A DNA stretch of 61,020 nt from Actinomycetota bacterium (GCA_020201525.1 JAIVGO010000099.1:1-61020); one strand, 5' to 3'; counted from the stretch's first letter, positions 17,128 through 27,380 are shown. Notes: generated from the sequence alone by a model not told the origin. Made by a program: numbers and translations.

Positions 17128-19755
17128 TCAGCCTTTCGCGTCGGCCCAATTTCCCGCCGACGAGATATCAACCTTCAGGGGCACCTTCAAGGGGAACGCC
17201 TGTTCCATCAACGAACGTACCCTCTCGATGGTGGCGTCGATTTTCTTCTCCGGCACCTCGAAGACGAGCTCGTCGTGGACGGAAAGGACCATTCGGGCGT
17301 CTGCGCCCTCGAGACCGCGGTCGACCGCCAGCATCGCGAGCTTGATGATGTCCGCTGCGGACCCTTGTATCGGCGCGTTCAATGCTTGACGTTCGCCGAG
17401 CGACCGGATGCGCGGGTTGCGGCTTTCCAGCTCCGGCAGGTACCGGCGCCGGCCGAGCAGCGTGACCGTGTACCCATCCCGGTACGCATCTTGGACGACG
17501 ACTTCCATGAAATCCTTCACGTTCGGAAATCCTTTGAAGTACGCGTCGATAAACTCCGCGGCTTCGTCGGTCGCGATGCCGAGTCGTTGCGCGAGCCCAA
17601 ACGGGCTCATTCCGTACGACAGCCCGTAGTTGATCATCTTCGCGCGGTTCCGCAGATCCTTCGGCACCTCGGCCACATCGAAGCCCCACACCTTCGCGGC
17701 CGTCGCCGAGTGAATGTCCTCGTCGCGCTCGAAGGCGCCGGTGAGGCCCGGATCGCCCGTCACGTGTGCGAGGACTCGTAACTCGATCTGCGAATAATCG
17801 GCGACGAGCAACACGTGTCCGGGCGGTGCGATGAAAGCCCGGCGGATGGCGAGCCCGAGCTCCGTTCGCACGGGGATGTTCTGCACGTTTGGGTCACTCG
17901 TCGAAAGCCGGCCGGTCGCTGCAACCGTCTGGAGAATCTTCGGATGGATGCGTCCGTCGACCGGGTCGCATAGGCGAGGCAGCGCGTCGAGGTACGTCGA
18001 CTTCAGCTTCGAAAGCTCACGGTAGCGGAGGAGCACGCCAACAATCGGATGCAGCTCGCGCAAGCTTTCGAGCGCGGCGGCGTCGGTGGAATACCCGGTT
18101 TTCGTCTTGCGGCCGGGCGTGAGCTGCAAGCGTTCGTACAGCACCTCGCGAAGCTGCGGTGGCGAGTTCAAATTGAAAGCCCCACCGGCCAGCTCGTAAC
18201 ACTCCTTTTCCAAGTGAGCGATCTCGGCGCCGAGCTCGGCGGACTGTCCTTCGAGCAGCTCGGTGTCGATCGCGACTCCGTTGATCTCCATCCGTGCGAG
18301 CACGGCGACGAGCGGCAGCTCGACGTCGCGGTAGAGATCGAGCATGCCGAGCCGGTCGAGCTCGCTTTCGAGCTTGTCTGCGAGCACGATCAGCGCGGCC
18401 GCACTCGCGCACGCCGCTTCCGACGGCGCCGGCCCGCCGACGCCGAGCGAGAGTTGCGGCGCATCCTCCGCTTCGCCGGTGCTCGGAAGGTCGCGCCCGA
18501 GATAACGCTGCGACAGGGTGTTCAAGTCGTACTTCCCGGCCGCCGGGTCGAGCAAGTACGCCGCGATCTGGGTATCGAAGGAAATGCGCGGCGACGGCAG
18601 CGACCGGCGCGCCATCGCAACGGACAGTCGTTTGCCGTCGTGCGTTACGACTCCTGCCTCCGGATTCGTCAGCAACGGCGCGGCCGCTGCAAGGTCTTCG
18701 AACCACACGGTCTCCGTATCCGTCGTTGCAAGAGCGACGCCGGTACCGGAATCGTCGATCGACGCGGCAACCTTCTTCGTCGTACGCAACGCGTTCGCCA
18801 GATCCTTGAGCGCGATGTCGTCGGCTATGCGGGTGACGAACGCAGCCGCGGCCTCCGGAGCCGGTGCGGAGCGAACGTCGGGTAGCCGTTCGAGGAGGGA
18901 CCGGAACTCGAGCGAGAGGAACAGCGTGCGGATCTGCTCCATGTCCCACTCGCCCATCCGCATGTCCTCGACGTCCAGGTCGATCTGGAGATCGTCCACG
19001 AGTCGCGCGAGGCGCTTGTTCAGCAACACCTGCTCTCTCGCTTCTTCGATTTTGGGACGCAGCCTTTGAATGCGCTTCGGCAACGCATCGAGGTTCTCGT
19101 ACATCTCTTCGACGGAGCCGAACTGTCGCACAAGGTCTGCGGCGGTCTTGTCGCCGACGCCGGGGATGCCGGGAAGATTGTCGGATGGGTCGCCCTTCAA
19201 CGCAACGAGGTCGATGTACTTGTCCGGCATCAACCCGAACCGCTCTTGTACGCCGGCCTCGTCGTACTCCTTGATCTCGCTGATGCCGGTGCGTGTTGAC
19301 AGGACGCTGATCCCCGGCCGGACCATCTGGAGAAAATCCCGGTCCGCCGTGACGATCATCGCGTGGATTCCTTCGGCGCATGCGCTGCGCGCCATCGTCG
19401 CCAGAACGTCGTCGGCCTCGAAATCAGGAACCGCAACGATCGGAATGGCAAGAGCCTCGAGGACTTCGCGCAAGATCGGGATTTGCGAGCGAAAGTCGTC
19501 GGGCGTTTCGCGCCGCCCCGCCTTGTAATCGGCGTATTCCGCGAGTCGCTGCGTCGGCCGTCCGACGTCGAATGAAACCACGATGCGATCCGTCTTCTTG
19601 TCGGCAAGAAGCTTGATCAGCATCGACGTAAATCCGTACACCGCATTCGTGACTTGGCCGGTCTTCGTCGCCAACGTCGGCGGCAGCGCAAAGAACGCGC
19701 GGTAGGCAAGCGAATGACCGTCGAGCAGCAACATCGTCGGTCGTTCTTCCGCCAC
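17128..19755 (-). CDS. polA: DNA polymerase I
   Basis: 875 aa with a 5'-nuclease domain (LLLDGHSLAYRAFFAL) and polymerase motifs A (LLVADYSQIELRVLAH), B (RNRAKMINYGLSYGMS) and C (LSVHDELVFE). Confidence 0.97.
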   Translation of the reverse strand: MAEERPTMLLLDGHSLAYRAFFALPPTLATKTGQVTNAVYGFTSMLIKLLADKKTDRIVVSFDVGRPTQRLAEYADYKAGRRETPDDFRSQIPILREVLEALAIPIVAVPDFEADDVLATMARSACAEGIHAMIVTADRDFLQMVRPGISVLSTRTGISEIKEYDEAGVQERFGLMPDKYIDLVALKGDPSDNLPGIPGVGDKTAADLVRQFGSVEEMYENLDALPKRIQRLRPKIEEAREQVLLNKRLARLVDDLQIDLDVEDMRMGEWDMEQIRTLFLSLEFRSLLERLPDVRSAPAPEAAAAFVTRIADDIALKDLANALRTTKKVAASIDDSGTGVALATTDTETVWFEDLAAAAPLLTNPEAGVVTHDGKRLSVAMARRSLPSPRISFDTQIAAYLLDPAAGKYDLNTLSQRYLGRDLPSTGEAEDAPQLSLGVGGPAPSEAACASAAALIVLADKLESELDRLGMLDLYRDVELPLVAVLARMEINGVAIDTELLEGQSAELGAEIAHLEKECYELAGGAFNLNSPPQLREVLYERLQLTPGRKTKTGYSTDAAALESLRELHPIVGVLLRYRELSKLKSTYLDALPRLCDPVDGRIHPKILQTVAATGRLSTSDPNVQNIPVRTELGLAIRRAFIAPPGHVLLVADYSQIELRVLAHVTGDPGLTGAFERDEDIHSATAAKVWGFDVAEVPKDLRNRAKMINYGLSYGMSPFGLAQRLGIATDEAAEFIDAYFKGFPNVKDFMEVVVQDAYRDGYTVTLLGRRRYLPELESRNPRIRSLGERQALNAPIQGSAADIIKLAMLAVDRGLEGADARMVLSVHDELVFEVPEKKIDATIERVRSLMEQAFPLKVPLKVDISSAGNWADAKG

Positions 19756-19836
19756 GGCACGAGTATAGCCGCGTCGTGCGTCACTCGATCGACCCCGATA
19801 GGTTTATAGACGGAACAACTTGGCGAAAGGACAGCC

Positions 19837-20703
19837 GTGGGGAGCGCATTTCTCATCATGCTTCGTGAGGGCCTCGAGATGGCTCTTATCGTGGCCATCG
19901 TTCTTGCGTATCTCCGCCAGATCGGTCGTCGGAAAGAGTTCAGAACGGTCTGGGCGGGGACCGGCGCCGCCATCGGGATTTCCATTGTTGCCGGCATCAT
20001 CGTCTTCGCGGCCGTCGGCGATCTCGAGGGGCGCGGCGAACAGATCGTCGAAGGCGTCACGGCGTTTCTGGCAGCCGGTCTGCTGACATGGATGGTCTTC
20101 TGGATGCGGCAGCAGGCGCGGCTTATCAAGAGCGAGCTGCACAGCAAGGTCGATGCCGCCCTCGCAACGGGTTCGGCCGTTGCGATCGCCGGCGTCGCAT
20201 TCTTCGCCGTGTTACGTGAAGGTCTCGAGACCGTGCTCTTTTTGCTGGGGAGCTCGGTGGGACACGAACGCGCGCTCGACCGTGCGATCGGCGGCGTTGC
20301 CGGCGTGGCCGTTGCCGCATTCGTCGGATACGTGATCTACAGCGGCAGTCGCCGGGTCAACTTGCGATCATTTTTCAAAGTCACCGGCTTCTTCGTACTG
20401 ATTTTCGCCGCCGGGCTCTTCGCGAAAGGGATCCACGAGTTCCAGGAAGCGGCGCTGCTCGGCTCGTTGAAGGAGCATCTCTGGACGATCTCGTCGTCAC
20501 TCCTCGACCCCGACCGGTCACGTCTCGGCGAGTTCCTCGAAGGGCTCTTCGGCTGGCACCCGCAGCCGTCGATCGAGATGGTCGTCGCGTATTTTGCGTA
20601 TCTCTTGCCGATTGGATACGTCTTCTATCAAGGAACGCGAGGGGTGCCGCCCATCAAGCCCGAGGCCTCGACGATTCCGGCCACGGCGAGCGCCGCAACC
20701 TAG
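19837..20703 (+). CDS. FTR1/EfeU-family high-affinity iron permease
   Basis: 288 aa, polytopic, with two REGLE motifs (MLREGLEMAL and VLREGLETVL). No efeO/efeB partner is adjacent. Confidence 0.85.
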   Translation: MGSAFLIMLREGLEMALIVAIVLAYLRQIGRRKEFRTVWAGTGAAIGISIVAGIIVFAAVGDLEGRGEQIVEGVTAFLAAGLLTWMVFWMRQQARLIKSELHSKVDAALATGSAVAIAGVAFFAVLREGLETVLFLLGSSVGHERALDRAIGGVAGVAVAAFVGYVIYSGSRRVNLRSFFKVTGFFVLIFAAGLFAKGIHEFQEAALLGSLKEHLWTISSSLLDPDRSRLGEFLEGLFGWHPQPSIEMVVAYFAYLLPIGYVFYQGTRGVPPIKPEASTIPATASAAT

Positions 20704-21176
20704 CCGGCATCGACGGGCCGGACGAGCGTCTCGACGAAGGGATCAAAGCCGAGGCCCCGCCAGAAACGCAACGCTTCTTCGTTCGTGCTCCAGACACGTG
20801 CCGCGATCACCGCGGCGCCGCGTTCCCGGGCGAATTCCTGCGCACCGTTGAAAAGCGCGCGCCCCACGCCGGTACCGCGATGGCTCTCCGCGACGACGAC
20901 CCGTCCCATCTCGATGCCGAGCACGTCACTCATCTTCGAGGGCCGACCTTCTTTGCAATGCGCCATGCCGACGGGTGTGCCGGCTTCGAGGGCGATCAGG
21001 AAGCACTGTGAGCCGAGTTCGAGCGCCGCATCGAACGACGCGAGGAAGCGATCATCGGCATCTGGCGCAACCGGTAGCATGCGAAACATCCGCTGCGCAT
21101 TTTCCAGCGCGCGCCACAACTCCAAAGCAACTCGGCGGTCGTGCCGTGTTGCGCGCCGAACGGCAACTTCTGACAT
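20700..21176 (-). CDS. GNAT-family N-acetyltransferase
   Basis: 158 aa with an acetyl-CoA binding motif (VVVAESHRGTGVGRALF). Its stop overlaps the convergent FTR1 stop in a shared CTAG. Confidence 0.8.
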   Translation of the reverse strand: MSEVAVRRATRHDRRVALELWRALENAQRMFRMLPVAPDADDRFLASFDAALELGSQCFLIALEAGTPVGMAHCKEGRPSKMSDVLGIEMGRVVVAESHRGTGVGRALFNGAQEFARERGAAVIAARVWSTNEEALRFWRGLGFDPFVETLVRPVDAG

Positions 21177-21258
21177 CGCATCAAAAGAATATCGCGAGGC
21201 GGATTTGACGTCCGAGGATTTCCACGTTCCGGAAATCGAGACCAGATACTTTGCGTTC

Positions 21259-21287
21259 TTGACGCTCCCCTATGCCCTTGATAATTT
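21259..21287 (+). promoter_or_regulatory. candidate promoter for the 21442 membrane-protein gene
   Basis: TTGACG (21259-21264), a 17-nt spacer, then TAATTT (21282-21287), in a locally AT-richer spacer. Confidence 0.3.
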
Positions 21288-21319
21288 CGCGCAGGTTGTT
21301 CGGGAAACCGCGCAACCGT

Positions 21320-21398
21320 AGAGCCCGGAGTCTGAGTAGGCGGCGCTTGCGTTTGGGGAAGGCGCGAGCGTTCGAAAAGACGACGGGCTCTTTCTTTT
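21320..21398 (+). promoter_or_regulatory. structured 5' leader with terminator-like stem and U-tract (possible attenuator or riboswitch-like element)
   Basis: The outer 8-bp stem pairs agagcccg (21320-21327) with cgggctct (21384-21391) and is followed by tttctttt. The inner 8-bp stem pairs cgcttgcg (21344-21351) with cgcgagcg (21363-21370) around an 11-nt loop. Confidence 0.3.
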
Positions 21399-21441
21399 CC
21401 GCGGCGAAGGTACATCACGCGCCGTTCGCGAATGATCAGGT

Positions 21442-22338
21442 ATGCACGTCATGCCGGCCTGGATAGAGTTGCTGTTCGACCTCGCCGCGGTCACGGCGCT
21501 CATCGCGGCTGCGAGTACCATCGAAAGCAGATCCCGCCGCTTCCTCGTGCTCGGGCTGGGGTTGTACGCGCTACAGATTGCGATCCGCGACGGCGTGTTC
21601 ATCGTGACGAACCCATTCCCCAACGTCGTGTATCGGGCTACCGCGGCAGTTTCGGTGATCCTTCTCGGGGGAGCGGTGTGGCTGTGGGCGCGCATCGTCA
21701 GAGAGCCGGAAGACCCATCGACTGGGCACGTCGCGAAAGCGTTGATTCTGTTCGTTATTCCCGTCGCTGCCGCACACCTGCACAACGCGTGGATGCTGAG
21801 CCAATTCGACCTCGCCCCCGTGCTCAGGCTGCTTTTGGTCGGCGGCGCCGTGATCCTGGCGTTCGTGGGGGTTTCGAGAAGCGCGACGAGCAGATGGTTG
21901 CCGATCGGCCTGGGTTTGTACTTCCTGCCAAGCTTTTCGTTCCGCTTCGCGGATGTCGTGAATCGATACGGCGGATACCGCTCCCGGGAGTCGTTCGTGA
22001 TCTCGCCCCCGATCGTGGGAGCGGTGCTGTTGGCCTCCGCAGTCGTCGTCTTCCTATGGGGTGCCGGATCGAGGGAAAACAGGCTGAGGCTGGCAGGGCT
22101 TGGTTTGAGCCTTCTGCTCATTCCGGCGGTCTGGAACAACGTGGGCTACGCGATCGACTGTGGTGCGAAAACAATTCACCGGTGCGTGCCGGCATTCAAC
22201 CCGCCACCCGTCGTTCCCTTGGGACTTCCTGATCAATCGCGATCTCCTAGGCCTCCCCGAGGTACGCCTTCTTCACACGTTCGTCGGTCAACAGCTTCGC
22301 GGCTCGATCCTCCAGGACGATCTCTCCCGACTCTATGA
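21442..22338 (+). CDS. hypothetical polytopic membrane protein
   Basis: 298 aa with repeated hydrophobic helices (LLFDLAAVTALIAAA, FLVLGLGLYALQIAI, AVSVILLGGAVWLWA, ...). The antisense ORF 21270-22139 is Ser/Thr/Arg/Pro-rich and was rejected. The Pro/Arg-rich last ~30 aa overlap convergent livF by 92 nt. Confidence 0.5.
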   Translation: MHVMPAWIELLFDLAAVTALIAAASTIESRSRRFLVLGLGLYALQIAIRDGVFIVTNPFPNVVYRATAAVSVILLGGAVWLWARIVREPEDPSTGHVAKALILFVIPVAAAHLHNAWMLSQFDLAPVLRLLLVGGAVILAFVGVSRSATSRWLPIGLGLYFLPSFSFRFADVVNRYGGYRSRESFVISPPIVGAVLLASAVVVFLWGAGSRENRLRLAGLGLSLLLIPAVWNNVGYAIDCGAKTIHRCVPAFNPPPVVPLGLPDQSRSPRPPRGTPSSHVRRSTASRLDPPGRSLPTL

Positions 22339-22957
22339 CGTAACCGCGTGAAGCCGTTTGAAGCGCCATCTGGGCATTCTGCTCGACGAGAAGAATTGTG
22401 GTCCCCTGCTCGTTGATCTCTCGAATGATGCTGAAGATCTTTTCGACGAACATCGGGGCCAGTCCCATCGACGGCTCGTCGAGCAGCAACAGACGAGGGC
22501 GCGCCATGAGCGCCCGCCCAATTGCAAGCATCTGCTGTTCACCGCCGGACAGCGTGCCGCCGGCCTGGCTCAGCCGGTCACGAAGCACGGGGAACAGCGT
22601 AAAAACCCGTTCGTAGTCTTCAGTCGGTGGAGTTCCCTTTTGAGAATAGGCGCCCATGTCGAGATTCTCCCTCACCGACATGCGCGGAAAGATTCTGCGC
22701 CCCTCCGGCGCCTGACAGACGCCCCGCTTGACGATCTCGTGGCTCGGCATGTGATCGATTCGCTCCTCGTCGAACACGATCGTTCCCGGCGCGGCTCGCC
22801 GCACGCCGGAGATCGTTTTCAACGTGGTGGTCTTCCCGGCGCCGTTGCCGCCGATCAACGTGACGATTTCCCCCTCGTCGACCGTCAATGAGATCCCTTT
22901 GACCGCCTCGATGTTTCCATATGAAACGTGGACGTCTTGGAGCTCGAGGATGCTCAT
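22247..22957 (-). CDS. livF: branched-chain amino acid ABC transporter ATP-binding protein
   Basis: 236 aa with Walker A GGNGAGKTT, signature LSGGEQQML and Walker B LLLLDEPSMGLAP. Confidence 0.9.
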   Translation of the reverse strand: MSILELQDVHVSYGNIEAVKGISLTVDEGEIVTLIGGNGAGKTTTLKTISGVRRAAPGTIVFDEERIDHMPSHEIVKRGVCQAPEGRRIFPRMSVRENLDMGAYSQKGTPPTEDYERVFTLFPVLRDRLSQAGGTLSGGEQQMLAIGRALMARPRLLLLDEPSMGLAPMFVEKIFSIIREINEQGTTILLVEQNAQMALQTASRGYVIESGEIVLEDRAAKLLTDERVKKAYLGEA

Positions 22958-23748
22958 ACGTCGCCCCCCGATGCCTTTCCCGCCGCACCACTGCCCAGAT
23001 ACGCTTCGATCACACTCGGGTCGTTTCGCACGAACTCCGGCACGCCTTCTGCGATCTTCTGCCCGAAGTCAATGACGACGACGTGCTCGCAAATTCCCAT
23101 AACGACTTTCATATCGTGCTCGATGAGGAGAATCGTGACACCGTCATCACGAATCCTGCGGATGAGCTGCATGAGCGACGCCTTTTCAGATGGGTTCATA
23201 CCGGCAGCCGGCTCATCGAGAAGCAACAGCTTCGGCTGCGTGCCGAGCGCCCGTGCGATCTCGACGCGACGCTGGTCCCCGTACGAAAGGTTCTTCGATA
23301 CGTGGCTCGCGAGACGGCCGATGCCGACGTGGCGCAGCAACTCGTGCGCTTGTTCGACGGCTTCTCGCTCCTCACGGCGGGTGCGCGGCGGGCGCGTTAT
23401 GGCGCCCACGACACTCGTGCGGTGGTGCGCATCGATACCCACCATCACGTTTTCGAGTGCGGTCATGTTCGCGAACAAGCGAATGTTTTGGAAGGTTCGC
23501 GCCATGCCGAGCCGAGTTATTTGATGCGGCTTTCGCCCGACGATCGAGCGGCCCTCGACGAGAACACCGCCGCCGGTCGGCTTGTACACACCGGTCACGC
23601 AATTGAAAAAGGTCGTCTTGCCGGCGCCGTTCGGTCCGATAAGACCGCGGATCTCTCCGGCATGAACGTCGAATTCCAGCGACCGCAGCGCGAGGAGCCC
23701 ACCAAATTGCATTGTCAGCTCTCTGACTTCCAGAAGCGGCGAGCTCAT
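22954..23748 (-). CDS. livG: branched-chain amino acid ABC transporter ATP-binding protein
   Basis: 264 aa with [24 protein letters not shown] and [13 protein letters not shown]. It shares a 4-nt overlap with livF. Confidence 0.9.
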   Translation of the reverse strand: MSSPLLEVRELTMQFGGLLALRSLEFDVHAGEIRGLIGPNGAGKTTFFNCVTGVYKPTGGGVLVEGRSIVGRKPHQITRLGMARTFQNIRLFANMTALENVMVGIDAHHRTSVVGAITRPPRTRREEREAVEQAHELLRHVGIGRLASHVSKNLSYGDQRRVEIARALGTQPKLLLLDEPAAGMNPSEKASLMQLIRRIRDDGVTILLIEHDMKVVMGICEHVVVIDFGQKIAEGVPEFVRNDPSVIEAYLGSGAAGKASGGDV

Positions 23749-25076
23749 TCCGCTCCTCCTGCGGCGAGCTCTTCCGGCAGCCCCGCCCCGATCGGACCGT
23801 GCGTTTCGGCTGCGCCGCCCTCGAGCTCCGCCGCCCGACGCCGGGACGGCGCTATGCCCTGGGGGCGATAAATCATCATCAAGACCAAGACGGCTCCGAA
23901 AATTCCGAAACGGGCATCCTGGAGACGCGGCGGCAGCGAACGCAGCAGTTCCGGCAGAAAGGTGACTGCCGTGCCCCCGATCAAAGCCCCGCTAATATTG
24001 CCGAGCCCTCCGAGAACGACTGCGGACAGAATGACGATCGACGTGATGAGATCGAATGTTCCCGGCTCGATGCTTTGGATGCGTGCCGCCAGAATCACTC
24101 CTGAGATGCATGCAGTCGAAGCGCCAATTGAAAACGCCCACAGCTTGTACTTCAACGTCGGCACTCCCATCGCCTCCGCGGCGACTTCGTCCTCGCGAAT
24201 TGCAGACCACGCTCGCCCCACGCGTGAGTTGTTGAGCCTTCTGATGACGATCACCATGATCATGATCACGGCGAGCAGCAAAAGGTAGTACGGGATCGGG
24301 TTGACGCCGAATTCCAAAGACCGAGCGGACGGAACCGGTAACGTCCCCCGGCCGGCACCGGGTGTCAGCGCATTCCAGGAGTGAATCCACGCGTTTTCAA
24401 AGTGAACGAACGCCGAAACAATCCCACGCCAAAACGAACTCGAGTTCGGTATCGACGCCGACGGAATGTTCACGATCCCTTGCGAACCGTTCGTCACCTT
24501 GGAAAGGTTCTCTGCGACGATGCGAACGATCTCACCAAAACCCAATGTAACGATCGCCAGATAATCACCGCGTAATCGCAACGTGGGGGCCCCCAACAAG
24601 AAACCGGTGATAAGCGCCATCGCAAGCGCGATCGGAAAGATCTGCCACATCGACAAATGCGCGAATTGCAGGGGCCCCGCTCCGGAGAAAATCCCCATCG
24701 TGTACGCACCGATCGCCCAGAAGGCCACATATCCAAGGTCGAGAAGGCCGGCGAAGCCGACGACGACGTTCAGTCCGAGTGCGAGCAGCGCAAAAAGGCC
24801 GATCTGCACTGCGAGCTCTTCCTCCACGACGTCGATCCAAATCGGAAGGAGGGCGCAGGCAAAGAAGAAAGCCCCGAGGGACGCGGGAAACCCCCAGCGT
24901 TTTTGGTACAGCCGGTCGACGCGTGGTGCAAAGCGTCGTTGAGCGGCCGGAATGAGCGCTGCTGCCACCAGGACGAGCGCGACCGTCAAGCCGGCCTTGG
25001 GGCCACGTATCTTCACGATGAGACTGACGAAGGCCGCCGCAAAGGTGAACAGTCCCACTTTCGGCCAGCGAATCAT
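23745..25076 (-). CDS. livM: branched-chain amino acid ABC transporter permease
   Basis: Polytopic permease. The start is taken at ATG 25076 (MIRWPKVGLF), which overlaps the livH stop by 4 nt. The longer ORF to 25166 has an Arg-rich, non-protein-like N-terminus. Confidence 0.85.
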   Translation of the reverse strand: MIRWPKVGLFTFAAAFVSLIVKIRGPKAGLTVALVLVAAALIPAAQRRFAPRVDRLYQKRWGFPASLGAFFFACALLPIWIDVVEEELAVQIGLFALLALGLNVVVGFAGLLDLGYVAFWAIGAYTMGIFSGAGPLQFAHLSMWQIFPIALAMALITGFLLGAPTLRLRGDYLAIVTLGFGEIVRIVAENLSKVTNGSQGIVNIPSASIPNSSSFWRGIVSAFVHFENAWIHSWNALTPGAGRGTLPVPSARSLEFGVNPIPYYLLLLAVIMIMVIVIRRLNNSRVGRAWSAIREDEVAAEAMGVPTLKYKLWAFSIGASTACISGVILAARIQSIEPGTFDLITSIVILSAVVLGGLGNISGALIGGTAVTFLPELLRSLPPRLQDARFGIFGAVLVLMMIYRPQGIAPSRRRAAELEGGAAETHGPIGAGLPEELAAGGAE

Positions 25077-25999
25077 GCTTTCGCACCGACCCCTTCGCCG
25101 AAGAGCCCTGTCGGACGGAACATCAACACGCCGACGAGAACAAGGAATGCGATCACGTCCTTCCACTGGTTCCCGCAGCAGCCCGCTCCCACGTTCTCTA
25201 CAACGCCGAGGGTCAGACCCCCGACCAGCGCGCCGCGGATGTTTCCGATCCCGCCGAGCACCGCAGCCGTGAACGCTTTGATCCCCGGAATGAAACCGAC
25301 GTCGAAACGCGTCACGCCGAAGAACATTCCATAGAGAACGCCGGCCGCTCCGGCGAGCAACCCACCGAGCAAGAACGTCACCGTGATGACGCGGTTGATG
25401 TCAACGCCCATCATTCCCGCCGTCTCCGGATCTTGCGCGACTGCGCGAATCCCCTTCCCCGCGCGAGACGTTCGGACGAAGATGTCGAGACCCGCCGTCA
25501 TGATCAGCATGGCGACAACGATGATGATCTGCCGGTTATAGATTTGAACATTGCCGAGCGTAAGGATCGGCACAGGAGCAACGGTTGCCGGGAAGTTTTC
25601 GAAGTTGCGTCCGCGCCACAAAAGAACGATGTTCGACAGCAGCAGTGACGCGCCGATTGCGCTGATCAGATACGACAGTCGCGCCGCGCCGCGACGCCGC
25701 AGAGGGCGATAGGCGAACCGTTCGAGCGCAATAGCGACCACGCCCCCGGCCAGCATGCCGGGAATCAGCGCAACGAAGAGAAAGATCGCATTGGTTTGGG
25801 CGCCGTGGTGCGTCAGCGCCTCGAGGGCGAGGAGTCCCGCCAAGGACCCGCCCATGAAAACTTCCGAATGCGCAAAGTTGATGAGCTGCAGGACGCCGTA
25901 CACCAACGTGTAGCCGAGAGCGATGAGCGCGTAGATGGATCCTGACGTTAATCCGCCGACGAGCCGGAGCGGCAGCTGGGTCGTGAGGCAATCAGGCAT
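25073..25999 (-). CDS. livH: branched-chain amino acid ABC transporter permease
   Basis: 308 aa with a LivH-type N-terminus (GLTSGSIYALIALGYTLVYGVLQLINFAHSE). Confidence 0.9.
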   Translation of the reverse strand: MPDCLTTQLPLRLVGGLTSGSIYALIALGYTLVYGVLQLINFAHSEVFMGGSLAGLLALEALTHHGAQTNAIFLFVALIPGMLAGGVVAIALERFAYRPLRRRGAARLSYLISAIGASLLLSNIVLLWRGRNFENFPATVAPVPILTLGNVQIYNRQIIIVVAMLIMTAGLDIFVRTSRAGKGIRAVAQDPETAGMMGVDINRVITVTFLLGGLLAGAAGVLYGMFFGVTRFDVGFIPGIKAFTAAVLGGIGNIRGALVGGLTLGVVENVGAGCCGNQWKDVIAFLVLVGVLMFRPTGLFGEGVGAKA

Positions 26000-26078
26000 C
26001 GCAGCGTCTCATGCCGGTCTCCTGCGTGAAGTCGTGGGGGCCGCTCGGAAGCAGCCCCCACGATGTTCGACGCTGTGC

Positions 26079-27380
26079 TTACGACGCGAACTTTTGGATC
26101 GGGCCGAACAGGACGATCTCCCCGTTCTTGATGCCGTAGATGTTGACACCCTTGTCGACGACCTCGTGCAACACCTTCGGATCGGTCGTCCAGCTGAAGG
26201 TCTTCGTCAGCCCTTTGCGACCGTCGATCTTCGTGATGAAGTCGAGCATGCAAGCTCGCGTGACGCCGGCACCACACTGCTTGGCGCCGTCGATGTACAT
26301 CTGAGCGATGTCCCACGCTTCCGCTGCGTAGATGTCCGGCTTCTTGTTGTACTTAGCGACGAAGTCGCTTGCGAACTGTTTCGCGTCCCCGGCTGCGTTT
26401 GCCACGTTGGGGTCGAGGCACGGACAGGTGAAGACGACACCTTCCGCGTTGGCTGCGCCGGCGTCCTTGGCAAAATTCGCACCCTTGTCGCCGTCGCCAC
26501 CTATGAAGGTGGCCGTCACGCCACGTTCGCGCATTTGCTTGAGGACCTTCGTCGCCTGCGGAACGTACCCCGAGTAGAACACGACGTCCGGCTTCTTGGT
26601 CACGAGCGTGTCCACCAGCGACGTGTAGTCGACCGTTGGGGCGATGCTCTCGCGGTCGACGACCGTGAGACCGACCTTGGCCGCTTCGGTGTTGATGATC
26701 GCACCGAGCCCGTTTCCGTAGGGCGATTTGTCGTCGATGATCGCCGCTTTCGTGCAGCCGAGTGCCTTCATGAGCTTCGCGGCAGCAGCACCCTGGTCGC
26801 TATCGCCGCCGACGCTCCGGAAGAACGTCTTGAACCCATGCGTCGTCAAGGAAACGCGGGTCGCCGACTGCGTAACGTGGACGATCCCGGCTTTGGCGAA
26901 CAGTGGCTGAACGGCCTCGGTCTCGCCGGAGAACGCAGGTCCGATGACTGCCATGACGGTCTTGTCGTTGATCAAACGCTGCGCAAGGGCCGGTGCCGTC
27001 GTTTCTTTTGCTTCTTTGTTGTCGAGCTCGATGAACTTGAAGGTCACGGGCGCGTCGCCCTTTGCATTCGCTTGTTCGAACGCGAGCTTCGCGGCATCGC
27101 GCCCCGGGACGACGAGTGAGGAATTCGAACCGGAAATGTCGCCGATGAAGCCGATGGAAACGGTCGGCTTCGAGCCTTGCGCTCGCAACGACGAAAACGC
27201 CGCAGCCGCATGTACCGGCGCGCCGGGCAAGCCGGCAGCCACGTGCAAGATGTTCGTCTTCGTGCACGCGCCTTTCACTGCCTTTGGCGTCGTCGTTTCC
27301 GTCTTCTTGCTGCACGCGGACCCGATCAGAGCCAGCGCCATCACCGCCGCGAGTGCGGCGAAAAGCTTGCGTCTCGCCAT
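26079..27380 (-). CDS. amino-acid ABC transporter substrate-binding lipoprotein (LivK/PBP1 family)
   Basis: The start ATG 27380 is preceded by GGAGGAG. The lipobox reads MARRKLFAALAAVMALALIGSAC. The protein has a type-1 periplasmic binding fold pattern and sits upstream of livHMGF. Confidence 0.85.
   Translation of the reverse strand: MARRKLFAALAAVMALALIGSACSKKTETTTPKAVKGACTKTNILHVAAGLPGAPVHAAAAFSSLRAQGSKPTVSIGFIGDISGSNSSLVVPGRDAAKLAFEQANAKGDAPVTFKFIELDNKEAKETTAPALAQRLINDKTVMAVIGPAFSGETEAVQPLFAKAGIVHVTQSATRVSLTTHGFKTFFRSVGGDSDQGAAAAKLMKALGCTKAAIIDDKSPYGNGLGAIINTEAAKVGLTVVDRESIAPTVDYTSLVDTLVTKKPDVVFYSGYVPQATKVLKQMRERGVTATFIGGDGDKGANFAKDAGAANAEGVVFTCPCLDPNVANAAGDAKQFASDFVAKYNKKPDIYAAEAWDIAQMYIDGAKQCGAGVTRACMLDFITKIDGRKGLTKTFSWTTDPKVLHEVVDKGVNIYGIKNGEIVLFGPIQKFAS

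Noticed and set aside
19756-19836. Possible IdeR iron box (TAGGTTTATAGAC) or other iron regulator site upstream of the FTR1 permease gene
   Set aside because: Only the TAGGTT half resembles the IdeR consensus TTAGGTTAGGCTAACCTAA. The second half-site does not match, and the similarity is too weak to call.
21270-22139. 289-aa minus-strand ORF
   Set aside because: The composition is Ser/Thr/Arg/Pro-rich with no hydrophobic core pattern. The opposite strand encodes a convincing multi-helix membrane protein.
22247-22338. 92-nt convergent overlap of the 21442 membrane-protein ORF with livF as a functional feature
   Set aside because: The overlapping tail of the plus-strand ORF is Pro/Arg/Ser-rich and unlike the rest of the protein. 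It may be fortuitous read-through in GC-rich DNA, so I do not interpret it further.
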